Positions 11,513 through 20,323 of a stretch of 64,000 bases of DNA are shown in pieces. Below the pieces are notes generated by a model. It worked only from the letters and a program-made list of their open reading frames with translations, did no database searches and had not been told where the DNA came from. The position numbers and the translations under genes were made by a program. This DNA comes from Gemmatimonas sp. (GTDB taxonomy: Bacteria; Gemmatimonadota; Gemmatimonadetes; Gemmatimonadales; Gemmatimonadaceae), in NCBI GenBank assembly GCA_965279375.1, contig OZ257156.1, positions 2,912,001 through 2,976,000 of the forward strand, read 5' to 3'. Positions within the stretch are counted from its first letter, which is position 1; the number at the start of each line of letters is the position of its first letter.

Positions 11513-12394
11513 ATGCGTGAATATACGCCTCGTCATCACCGCACGCTCGCATACGTCGCAGCCGCCATGCTCGGCGCGATGGTGCTCGGCGCTTGCGGCG
11601 ACAAGAAGACGGACAGTGCGTTGACGACGGACTCGGCGCTGGGCCGCGATCTCGCGTTGGCCGCCAGCGACACCGCCGCAAAGCCCAAGCTCGAGGACGT
11701 TCCCGCGCCCGCGCCGGCACCCGAGCCGGCACCCACTCCCGCACCGGAGCCGGTTCGTCGTCCGACGCCCAAACCCGCACCGAAGCCCACCGCACCCAAG
11801 CCGACGCCGGCGCCGGCCGCTACGCCGGCTCCTGCGCCCGCGCCCGCTGCGCCGACCACCGGCGTCGTGCAGGCTGGCACCACGTTGAGCTTTGCCGCCA
11901 ACCAGAAGGTCTGCAGCAACACCACGCAGGTGGGTGAGAAGTTCACGGCCGATCTGACGGAGACGGTGGCCGCGTCCAACGGTCTGTCGATTCCTGCTGG
12001 CGCGACGGGCACGTTCGAAGTGGTCGAGGCGAAGACGGCGCAGAACTCCAACGACAACACGGTGCTCACCGTGAAGTTGGTGGCCGTGCAGTACGGCGGT
12101 CGTTCGTATCCAGTCGATGCCACGGTGCAGGATGCGGGCACCACCCGCGTGCGCAGCGCTTCCAAGACGACGGACGCCAAGAAGGTTGCTGGTGGCGCGG
12201 TCATCGGCGCGATCGCCGGTCAGATCCTCGGCAAGAACACGAAGGGCACCGTGATCGGTGCGGCAGCGGGCGCCGCGGCGGGTACGGCTGCTGCTGCCGC
12301 GACGGCCAACTATGACACCTGTCTCAACAACGGTGGCACGGTGACGGTGAAGCTCGACGCGCCGGCCACTATTCGCGCTGCCAGCGCGCCATAA
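11513..12394 (+). CDS. Lipoprotein with Pro/Ala-rich linker, beta domain and glycine zipper
   Basis: GGAG SD at 11501; lipobox LGAC; PAPAPE/PKP repeats; GGAVIGAIAG..GAAAGAAAG. Confidence 0.8.
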   Translation: MREYTPRHHRTLAYVAAAMLGAMVLGACGDKKTDSALTTDSALGRDLALAASDTAAKPKLEDVPAPAPAPEPAPTPAPEPVRRPTPKPAPKPTAPKPTPAPAATPAPAPAPAAPTTGVVQAGTTLSFAANQKVCSNTTQVGEKFTADLTETVAASNGLSIPAGATGTFEVVEAKTAQNSNDNTVLTVKLVAVQYGGRSYPVDATVQDAGTTRVRSASKTTDAKKVAGGAVIGAIAGQILGKNTKGTVIGAAAGAAAGTAAAAATANYDTCLNNGGTVTVKLDAPATIRAASAP

Positions 12395-12437
12395 CTCGGT
12401 CGCGCTGACATCGCAGTCGTTTCGATGTAGCCGTTGG

Positions 12438-14228
12438 TCAGTATCCGACCGCGCCGCCACTGCGGCGCGGTTCGGGTACGCCTTCCCAGCCGCCCTGCAC
12501 GCGCATGATCGCGTTGACGTTCACCAGGGCCCGCTGCATGCGCATTGCATGCCCCATGCGGCGCAAAGAGTCCAGTACGGCCGGACGAATACCGCCGTCC
12601 TCGAACGCGAGTGAATCCGGCAGCGCCTGATGATGCACACGAGGCGCGCGCATCGCGTCCGCGAGCGACATGCGATGCTCCAGCACATTCAGGATCACCT
12701 GACTCGTGCCAGTGATGATCGTCGGACCGCCCGCCGCGCCGACCACCAGCAGCACCTTGCCATCGCGATCGAGCACGATCGTTGGCGACATCGCGCTCAG
12801 CATGCGCTTGCCGGGCTGAATGGCGTTCTGTTCACCTTGCACGAGCCCGAACATGTTCGGCTTGCCCGGTTGCGCGGCGAAGTCGTCCATCTCGTCGTTG
12901 AGCATGAAGCCTGCGCCACGCACCCACACGCCCGAACCCCACGAGTTGTTGAGCGTCGTCGTGTTGGCGACCGCATTGCCGGCCTTGTCCACCACGGAGT
13001 AGTGCGTGGTGTGCGTCGGCTCGCGCGCCGCCTGCTCCATCCTGGGCTCGAGCTCCTTCGTGGGTGTCGCTCGCGCGTCTTCGATGGTGGCGCGCAACGC
13101 GCGCGCGTACGACTTGCTCGTGAGCTGCGCCAGCGGCACCTTCACGAACGCCGGATCACCTAACTTCGCGTTGCGATCGATGAAGGCGCGCTGGTACGCG
13201 CTGCCCACGAGATGAAACCACTGCGCGCTGCCGTACGCCGGCAGTGTCGGGTACTGCTCGAGAATGTTGAGCGCTTCGGCCGTGGTCACGCCGCCCGACG
13301 ACGACGGCGGCATCGAGACCAGCGCGTAGCCGCGGTATGTCGTGTTGATGGGCGTGCGCATCGCTGGCTCATAGCGCTTGAGATCCGCCCTCGTGATGAT
13401 CCCGCCGCCACGCTGCTGCTCTGCCACCAGCGAGTCGGCGATCCACCCTTCGTAGAACGCCTTGGCGCCTTGCGCCGCGATGGCTTGCAGGGTGCGCGCG
13501 AGGTCGGGCTGCGTGAGCCGGTCGCCTGCCTTGAGCGGCTGTCCGCCTGGATAGTAAGGCGTCTCCTTGCTGACATTGGTCACGTAGCTGCGCGCGCGAG
13601 AGATCGAGCCGGCAAGCGCGGTATCGATGACGAAGCCGTCGCGCGCGAGTCGAATGGCCGGTTGCATCACCTGCGAGAGCGACATCGTGCCGTACTTGGC
13701 GAGCGCCGCGGAGAGACCGGCCACGGCGCCCGGTACGCCCGACGCGAGATGCCCCACGATGCTCTTGTTGGTCAGCTTGCCGTTGGCGTCGAGATACATG
13801 TCACGCGTTGCGGCGAGCGGTGCGATCTCCCGATAGTCGATCGCTGCTTCACGTCCGTCGGCCATGTGCACGACCATGTAGCCGCCGCCGCCGATGTTTC
13901 CTGCCTCGGGCCACGCCACCGACAGCGCGAAGCCGAGTGCAACGGCCGCGTCCACGGCGTTGCCGCCCGACTTGAGAATCTCGGCTGCGGCCGCGCTGGC
14001 CTCCGGGCTGTTGCTCACCGCCATCGCGCTCGGCGCAAACGTTGCCTTGGCTCCGGCGGGCAGATGCCAGCCTGTGGGGAAGCTCGGCGCCACGCGCGCC
14101 GGCACGGCAGTGGAGGTCGTGGAAGCGTCCGATCGCGTGCTCCCGGCGGGCGCGCAGGCCAAGGCAAAACTGGCGGCGAGGCCCAGCGCGCCGATCGCCG
14201 CGCGTCGAGAGAGTGGAGAGGCGGCCAT
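12438..14228 (-). CDS. ggt: Gamma-glutamyltransferase, probably a Tat-exported lipoprotein
   Basis: GGNAVDAAV, GNIGGG, DYRE, GVPG, HTTHYS (N-terminal nucleophile Thr), NDEMDDF, KRMLSAMSP; SRR and ALAC in the signal region. Confidence 0.93.
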   Translation of the reverse strand: MAASPLSRRAAIGALGLAASFALACAPAGSTRSDASTTSTAVPARVAPSFPTGWHLPAGAKATFAPSAMAVSNSPEASAAAAEILKSGGNAVDAAVALGFALSVAWPEAGNIGGGGYMVVHMADGREAAIDYREIAPLAATRDMYLDANGKLTNKSIVGHLASGVPGAVAGLSAALAKYGTMSLSQVMQPAIRLARDGFVIDTALAGSISRARSYVTNVSKETPYYPGGQPLKAGDRLTQPDLARTLQAIAAQGAKAFYEGWIADSLVAEQQRGGGIITRADLKRYEPAMRTPINTTYRGYALVSMPPSSSGGVTTAEALNILEQYPTLPAYGSAQWFHLVGSAYQRAFIDRNAKLGDPAFVKVPLAQLTSKSYARALRATIEDARATPTKELEPRMEQAAREPTHTTHYSVVDKAGNAVANTTTLNNSWGSGVWVRGAGFMLNDEMDDFAAQPGKPNMFGLVQGEQNAIQPGKRMLSAMSPTIVLDRDGKVLLVVGAAGGPTIITGTSQVILNVLEHRMSLADAMRAPRVHHQALPDSLAFEDGGIRPAVLDSLRRMGHAMRMQRALVNVNAIMRVQGGWEGVPEPRRSGGAVGY

Positions 14229-14327
14229 GAGACGTTGTGCGGAAGAGAGGCGAGGTAGGGCGCGCGGGTCGAGTTCGCGCGATGTGAGGCGGCGATCTGG
14301 GGCGGTGCTACGAAGACCGACGCCTGA

Positions 14328-15101
14328 CTAGAACGAAAATCGCAGACTGGCGCGGGTTGTGCGACTGCGCCACGTCCGACCGGTGCCGCTGGGCAAGTCG
14401 GCCTTGCTGTGCCAGCCCATGCCGACGTCCTGCACGAACGTGATCACGAGTCCGCGGGAGAGTGGGTAGCCGAAGCCCAGCCCGATGGCGCCACTCAGGT
14501 CGGTCGCGCCGGACGGCTTGCCGATGGGTGTCGCCGTGGAATCGCGCGTACGCATGTTGCGGAAGCCGGTCACGCCGCCGGTCGCCTCGAAGAGCGTATG
14601 AAAGCCAGTGCCGCCGCCCGATCGAAACTGTCCCATCACCGACCAAAGCTGGGTTTGTGCGGCGCAGCTGGTCGCGCAGATGGTCGGCAGCGGCGTGACC
14701 CCGCCCGTCGTGCCATTCGTTGGGGCACTGGGCAGCGGTACGCCGCTCAACGGTGCCACGGTGACGTCGACGAGTCCGTACGCGACGGCGACGCCGATGC
14801 TGGTGAATTCGTCGGAGCTGCGCTCGAGCGTGCCGCGCATCTGCCAGAGCGGATCCGAGCCGAATCGCCACTGACTCGCCGTGGCGCCATCGTTGACGTT
14901 GGAGATGGACACCGCGCCAGCACCGGCTGAGAACCACCACGCACTGTTGCTGCGTGCGACGGGCGCGCGGCCGCGGATCTGGGCGGACAACGGTGTGCTG
15001 ATGACACCGACGGCGACCAGCAGGGCGGCAAGGGACGGCAGCGAAAAACCCGCGCTGCGCCAACGTGTGCCAAGTGTTGATCTGGCTTGCGGTTCGCTCA
15101 T
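14328..15101 (-). CDS. Hypothetical secreted protein, probable outer-membrane beta-barrel
   Basis: Signal peptide ending LSA-Q; amphipathic beta strands; C-terminal ...SLRFSF. Confidence 0.6.
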   Translation of the reverse strand: MSEPQARSTLGTRWRSAGFSLPSLAALLVAVGVISTPLSAQIRGRAPVARSNSAWWFSAGAGAVSISNVNDGATASQWRFGSDPLWQMRGTLERSSDEFTSIGVAVAYGLVDVTVAPLSGVPLPSAPTNGTTGGVTPLPTICATSCAAQTQLWSVMGQFRSGGGTGFHTLFEATGGVTGFRNMRTRDSTATPIGKPSGATDLSGAIGLGFGYPLSRGLVITFVQDVGMGWHSKADLPSGTGRTWRSRTTRASLRFSF

Positions 15102-15175
15102 TACGACCGGTAAGTTAGCCGGGGTGCCAATTCGGCGATAGCCGAAAGGATGCTGGCTCCCCTTTCACATCACTC

Positions 15176-16117
15176 GTGTCTGCTCCGACGCTGGATCCTC
15201 GCGTCACCGAACGCCGCAATCCGCGCACCGTCGATATCGATCTGGCGACGCCGGAACAGATCGTCGATCTGATCAACGCCGAAGATCAGGGCGTTGCCGA
15301 TGCCGTTCTGACACAGCGCGAACCGATCGCGCAGACCATACGCGCTGTCGAAGAGGCTTTCCGCGTCGGCAATCGGCTCCTGTACGTGGGCGCCGGAACG
15401 TCGGGACGCCTGGGTGTGCTCGATGCGAGCGAATGTCCGCCAACATTCGGCACCGATCCCTCGATGGTGGTCGGTATCATCGCTGGCGGTGATCACGCGC
15501 TGCGCAATCCGATCGAAGGCGCCGAAGACAGCGAGAGCGAAGGCGCGCGCGTGATGCTCGAACACGCAGTCGTCGAGGGCGATGTGGTGGTGGGCATCGC
15601 AGCGTCGGGTACGACGCCGTTCGTGCGCGGTGCGCTGGCTCAAGCGAAAAAGCTGCGCGCGGTCACTGCGCTGATTGCGTGCAGTGAGCCGCCGCCAGCG
15701 ATGCGAGACGTCGCCGACATTCTGATGCTGCCGATCGTTGGCCCCGAAGCGCTCACAGGATCGACGCGCCTCAAAGCCGGCACGGCAACGAAGCTCGTCT
15801 GCAACATGATCACCACAGGTGCGATGATCCGCATCGGCAAGAGCTTCGGCAACCTGATGGTCGATTTGCGCGCGTCGAATGTGAAGCTGATGGATCGCGC
15901 GGAACGCATGATCATGTCCGTGTGCGATGTGGAGCGTGAGGTCGCACGCGGCGTGCTCGATCGCGCGGGCGGGTCAGTCAAGGTCGCGATCGTGATGCAG
16001 TCGCTCGGCATCGAGGCCAGCGAGGCTCGTCGCATGCTCGACGATGCAGGTGGCGTGATTCGGCGCGTCGTGGCGAGTGCGCCACCGCCAGTGCCCGACA
16101 GCGGACTCCGTTCGTGA
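15176..16117 (+). CDS. murQ: N-acetylmuramic acid 6-phosphate etherase
   Basis: TERRNP, GAGTSGRLGVLDASECPPTFG, EGAED, GIAASGTTP, GPEALTGSTRLKAGTATK, GNLMVD. Confidence 0.97.
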   Translation: MSAPTLDPRVTERRNPRTVDIDLATPEQIVDLINAEDQGVADAVLTQREPIAQTIRAVEEAFRVGNRLLYVGAGTSGRLGVLDASECPPTFGTDPSMVVGIIAGGDHALRNPIEGAEDSESEGARVMLEHAVVEGDVVVGIAASGTTPFVRGALAQAKKLRAVTALIACSEPPPAMRDVADILMLPIVGPEALTGSTRLKAGTATKLVCNMITTGAMIRIGKSFGNLMVDLRASNVKLMDRAERMIMSVCDVEREVARGVLDRAGGSVKVAIVMQSLGIEASEARRMLDDAGGVIRRVVASAPPPVPDSGLRS

Positions 16118-16124
16118 GCACGAC

Positions 16125-17327
16125 GTGAGCACTGCGCCGCACGCGGTGGTCGTCGGGCTGATGTCCGGCACGTCGCTCGATGGCATTTCCGCAGCGGCCG
16201 TACAGTTCCACGACGACGACGCGGGACGCCCGCAAGCGCGGATGCTCGCGTTCGCGCAACGTTCGTACACGAGCGCGGAACGTCGCCGCCTCGAAGACAG
16301 CATGCGCAGCGCGAGCGCACAGGAGTACTGCCGACTCCACGTGGATATGGGAACGTGGCTGGCCGATGCCGCGGTGGCGGTCATGGCCGATGCGGGCGTT
16401 GCACGCGCCGACGTCGCCGCCATCGCATCGCATGGGCAAACGCTCTGGCACGAGGTTGGACATAGCACGTGGCAGATCGGTGATCCCGCGACGATCGCGG
16501 AGCGCACCGGCTGCGCCGTGGTCTCCGACTTCCGTGCGCGAGACGTCGCGGCCGGTGGGCAGGGCGCGCCGCTCGTCCCCATCGCCGACGCGTTGCTGTT
16601 TTCGCATCCCACCGAGTGGCGCGCGCTGCAGAATCTGGGAGGCATCGGCAACGTCACCGTGGTGCCGCCGCTCTCGGCGCACGCCGCCGACGGACACCGC
16701 GCCGTGCGCGCGTTCGATACGGGCCCCGGGTGTGTGCTCATCGACTCGGTCACGCGTCTGCTGCGCCCCGAGCTGCCCTACGATGTGGGAGGCGCACTGG
16801 GCGCCGCCGGACAAGCGCTGGAAGCGGTGATCCGCACGGAGATGGCGCACCCCTTCTACGACGCGGAGCCGCCCAAGAGCACGGGGCGCGAGCTGTTCAC
16901 GCGCGAGTACGTGGACGCATTCCTCGCGACGTGTCGCGCGCACGGTGCCAGCGACGAAGACGTGATTGCTACCGCCACGACTCTCACCGCGAGGACCGTC
17001 GCCGATCAGTACCGTCGTTTTCTGCCGGAGCCGATCAGCGACGTGCTCCTGTCCGGAGGCGGTGCGCACAATCCCACACTCGTATCCGCGATTCAATCCG
17101 AAATTGCAGCGTCGCTGGGAGTGCACTCCGCACGCGGTGGCGTCGCGCCACGTGTGCGGCGTTTCGACGAACTGTTCTTCGACAGCGAGGCGAAGGAAGC
17201 GGTCGCCTTTGCGCTGTTAGGCTACCTGCATCTGACGGGACGCGCCGGCAACGTGCCCAGTGCCACCGGCGCGAGCGGCCCGCGCGTGCTTGGTTCCCTC
17301 ACACCCGCGTTGTCGCGGTCGCATTGA
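16125..17327 (+). CDS. anmK: Anhydro-N-acetylmuramic acid kinase
   Basis: GLMSGTSLDG, SHGQT, DFRARDVAAGGQGAPL, NLGGIGN, FDTGPG, KSTGRELF, GGGAHN, KEAVAFA. Confidence 0.96.
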   Translation: MSTAPHAVVVGLMSGTSLDGISAAAVQFHDDDAGRPQARMLAFAQRSYTSAERRRLEDSMRSASAQEYCRLHVDMGTWLADAAVAVMADAGVARADVAAIASHGQTLWHEVGHSTWQIGDPATIAERTGCAVVSDFRARDVAAGGQGAPLVPIADALLFSHPTEWRALQNLGGIGNVTVVPPLSAHAADGHRAVRAFDTGPGCVLIDSVTRLLRPELPYDVGGALGAAGQALEAVIRTEMAHPFYDAEPPKSTGRELFTREYVDAFLATCRAHGASDEDVIATATTLTARTVADQYRRFLPEPISDVLLSGGGAHNPTLVSAIQSEIAASLGVHSARGGVAPRVRRFDELFFDSEAKEAVAFALLGYLHLTGRAGNVPSATGASGPRVLGSLTPALSRSH

Positions 17328-17396
17328 TGCGCGTTCCTTCGGATCATTCGTGGAACAGTCGAGTACCTTTCGCCGTGTGCCCTTGGAATCGATGCC

Positions 17397-18893
17397 ATGA
17401 GTGAACAGACCAGGCGCGAGCTCGCGCAGCTGCTGATCCCCACGCTGCAATGGCAGCCGGGACAGGGCTTCGCGGCCGTGCGTCCGCTCATCGAAGAGGC
17501 GCTCGCACTCGGCGTGGGTGGATTCCAGTTGGTCGGCGGTGAACAGGACACCGTGCGCGCGCTGGCGAAGGAGCTGCAGCTCAAGTCGCGGCATCCCTTG
17601 CTCATCGCAGCCGAGTTGGAACGGGGGGCAGGGCAACAGTTTGCCGGTGCGACCGGACTCCCCCCGGCTGCTGCCATCACCGCGACTGGTGATCTCGAGT
17701 CATTGCGGCGCGCGGCTCGGCTCACCGCTCGCGAAGCGCGCACGATGGGCGTGAACTGGAATTTGGCGCCGGTCTGCGATCTCGACCTGCTGGCCACCAA
17801 CCCGGTGTTGGGATCGCGTGCGATGGGTAGCGAGGCGCGCCGTGTCGCGCCGTTGGTGCAGGCGTGGATCGAGGCGTGTCAGGCAGAAGGCGTATTGGCG
17901 TGTGCCAAACGGTTCCCTGGCACAGGGCGCATGACGGACGATCCGTCGCTCAGCTCGCCGGTCATCGATACGCCGGCCGACCAGATCAAGGAGATCGATC
18001 TCCAGCCGTTTCGCTCAGCGATCGCGGCAGGTGTCGCCAGCATCATGACGTCGCATGCGGCGTACCCTTCGCTCGATTCGAGTCGCCTGCCCGCAACGCT
18101 GTCACGCGAGGTGCTGCAGTGGCTGCTGCGCCAGCAGCTCAAGTACGACAACCTCATTGTCGCCGACGCGATGACGATGGCGGCGGTGACACACGGTCGC
18201 GACGCGGCGCAAGCGGCGGTGCTCGCCCTGCGCGGTGGATGCGACGTATTGCTCTCGCCCGGCGAGTTGAGCGTGACGCTCGACGCTCTCGAAGCGGCCC
18301 TCGACGACGGCACGCTCGAGCCTGAGCGCGTGAAGCAATCAGTGCGTCGCCGGCTCAAGTGGGCGCAGTGGGCGTCCCCTCCCAACGACTGGCGTCGACC
18401 GAGCGGTGCAGATACGGCGTGGGGTGCGTTGCTCGCCGACCGCGTGCTCAAGGTGACGCACGGTCCGCTGCCGGCGATGGGCGCGATCACCGAAGTGGTC
18501 GTGGTGGACGACGATGAAGGCGTACCAGGTGCAGGTGCCATCCCCGCGAATGCAACGACCGTGCTGGTGGAGGCGCTGCGCGTTGGCGGGCACGACGCGC
18601 GACTGGCGACTGCGCCAACCGTGGCGAGCGGCGGTCCGCTGGTGATCGCGCTGTTCTCGGACTTCCTGCCGTTCAAGGCGCGCACGCAGCTTTTGTCGAG
18701 CAGTGTCGAACGTGTGCAGACGCTGATCGATCAGGCAGCGGCACTGCAACGCGGCGTCGTGCTGGTGGGACTCGGCGATCCGCGCTACGTGAGTCAGCTC
18801 GGGCTCGAAGTCCCGACGATCATGGCGTGGAGTGGCGACCGTGTGATGCAACAGGCCGCGGCTCGCGCGCTGCTGCGCCCACGGCGCGGCTGA
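17397..18893 (+). CDS. GH3 beta-N-acetylhexosaminidase (NagZ)-like protein with a degenerate catalytic loop
   Basis: APVCD, NPVLGSR, MTSH, PATLS and ADAMTM retained; KHFPGHG..DSH is replaced by KRFPGTG..DDPS. Confidence 0.8.
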   Translation: MSEQTRRELAQLLIPTLQWQPGQGFAAVRPLIEEALALGVGGFQLVGGEQDTVRALAKELQLKSRHPLLIAAELERGAGQQFAGATGLPPAAAITATGDLESLRRAARLTAREARTMGVNWNLAPVCDLDLLATNPVLGSRAMGSEARRVAPLVQAWIEACQAEGVLACAKRFPGTGRMTDDPSLSSPVIDTPADQIKEIDLQPFRSAIAAGVASIMTSHAAYPSLDSSRLPATLSREVLQWLLRQQLKYDNLIVADAMTMAAVTHGRDAAQAAVLALRGGCDVLLSPGELSVTLDALEAALDDGTLEPERVKQSVRRRLKWAQWASPPNDWRRPSGADTAWGALLADRVLKVTHGPLPAMGAITEVVVVDDDEGVPGAGAIPANATTVLVEALRVGGHDARLATAPTVASGGPLVIALFSDFLPFKARTQLLSSSVERVQTLIDQAAALQRGVVLVGLGDPRYVSQLGLEVPTIMAWSGDRVMQQAAARALLRPRRG

Positions 18894-18923
18894 TCAGCTA
18901 GCGCGCCGTCGGCAAGACGCGCG

Positions 18924-20126
18924 TCAGTTGGTTGGCGCGGGACTGAAGAACAGGCGCACGAGAAACCAGAGCGCCGCGAGTACGCCCGCCACGAGCAGAA
19001 ACAGGAACACCGGTTCCGCGCGACGGCGCCGTTCTTCCACGACCTCGGGCTCCGGCGCCGCTGCCTCAGCTTCCGCTTCGAGCGCACGCAGCCGCGCGAC
19101 TTCGGCTTCGATGGCGGCGGGGCTGGGGCGTGGAGTGCCAAAGCGCGGCGTGGGGTCGCTGCGAATGCGCGACTGCGGAATGCGCGCTTCGACGGTTTCC
19201 GCGGTGGTGATGTCGCCGAGCGGGAAGGTCGTGTAGCCGTGCTGATCGCCCGCGATCTGCGTGGCCAGTGCGTCGCCGTCGAAGCGGGCGGCGATGACCG
19301 TGATGTTGTCGGGGCCCCCGCGGTCGTTGGCCTGATCGACGAGGCGCTTGCAGAGCGTTTCGACGTTGTCGATTTCGCTGGCCAATCGCGCGATTTCGTC
19401 GGTGCGCACGAGGCCCGAGAGTCCGTCGCTGCAGAGAATCAGGGTATCGCCGCGGCGCACCTGTTGGTGCGTGAGATCCACCGTGATGTTGGCATCTGGT
19501 CCGAGCGCCTGCAGGATGATGTTGCGCCGATCGCTGGCGTCGGCCTCTTCCTGCGTGAGCTCGCCCGCTTCGACGAGTCGCTGCATGAGCGACTGATCCT
19601 TGGTGAGCTGCCGGGCATCGCCGCCGCGCACCAGATAGGCACGGCTATCGCCCACCTGCGCCACGAAGAGACGGTCGCCGAACAGGCCGGCCAGTGTGGC
19701 CGTGGTGCCCATGCCACGGTGCTCGGGATTGTCTTTGGCGAACTGGTGAATCGTGCGGTTGGCGATCTCGGTCGCATCCCGCAGAGCCGTGGCGAAGGCG
19801 TCTGGCGTGAGCTCAGCGCCCGATCGCCACGTCTCCTGCATCGCGTTGAGCACCACGTCGCCAGCCATGCCGCTGGCCAGCTCTCCTGACGCTGCGCCCC
19901 CCATGCCGTCGGCCACCAGGAACATCAGCCCGTGCGCACGCACCTGGACCTCTCGTGGCGCGTGGTCGAACTCGATGGGCGCACCCTGCTCGAGATCCGC
20001 AACGAGGAACGTGTCCTCGTTGTGCTCACGCGTGTGTCCGACATCGGTCAACGCATACACGTGAACGAGGACCCGGGGGTCGGCGTTCGCGGCTGGGCTA
20101 GGTGGTTGCGTGTCGGAAACGGTCAC
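18924..20126 (-). CDS. PP2C-type (Stp1/PrpC) Ser/Thr phosphatase with C-terminal TM anchor
   Basis: REHNED, VADGMGG, GMGTT, VGDSRAY, LCSDGL, GGPDNIT; hydrophobic C-terminal helix. Confidence 0.93.
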   Translation of the reverse strand: MTVSDTQPPSPAANADPRVLVHVYALTDVGHTREHNEDTFLVADLEQGAPIEFDHAPREVQVRAHGLMFLVADGMGGAASGELASGMAGDVVLNAMQETWRSGAELTPDAFATALRDATEIANRTIHQFAKDNPEHRGMGTTATLAGLFGDRLFVAQVGDSRAYLVRGGDARQLTKDQSLMQRLVEAGELTQEEADASDRRNIILQALGPDANITVDLTHQQVRRGDTLILCSDGLSGLVRTDEIARLASEIDNVETLCKRLVDQANDRGGPDNITVIAARFDGDALATQIAGDQHGYTTFPLGDITTAETVEARIPQSRIRSDPTPRFGTPRPSPAAIEAEVARLRALEAEAEAAAPEPEVVEERRRRAEPVFLFLLVAGVLAALWFLVRLFFSPAPTN

Positions 20127-20323
20127 AGCGTCATATGGCGAGCCGGTGCAAACGGAAGACGTGTAAAAACCCTACGGCCGGGGGCGCCATAGGTTTTGCC
20201 GAGTTTTCGGAAGACTTCCTGGCACGGCGGCGTCGGATGTGCTGGCTAAAGATGGTCCATGGCCGTCCATTCGGTCAAATCCCGTGCTGGACGACTTGAG
20301 ATACCACGGCCAGCTTGCTCCCC

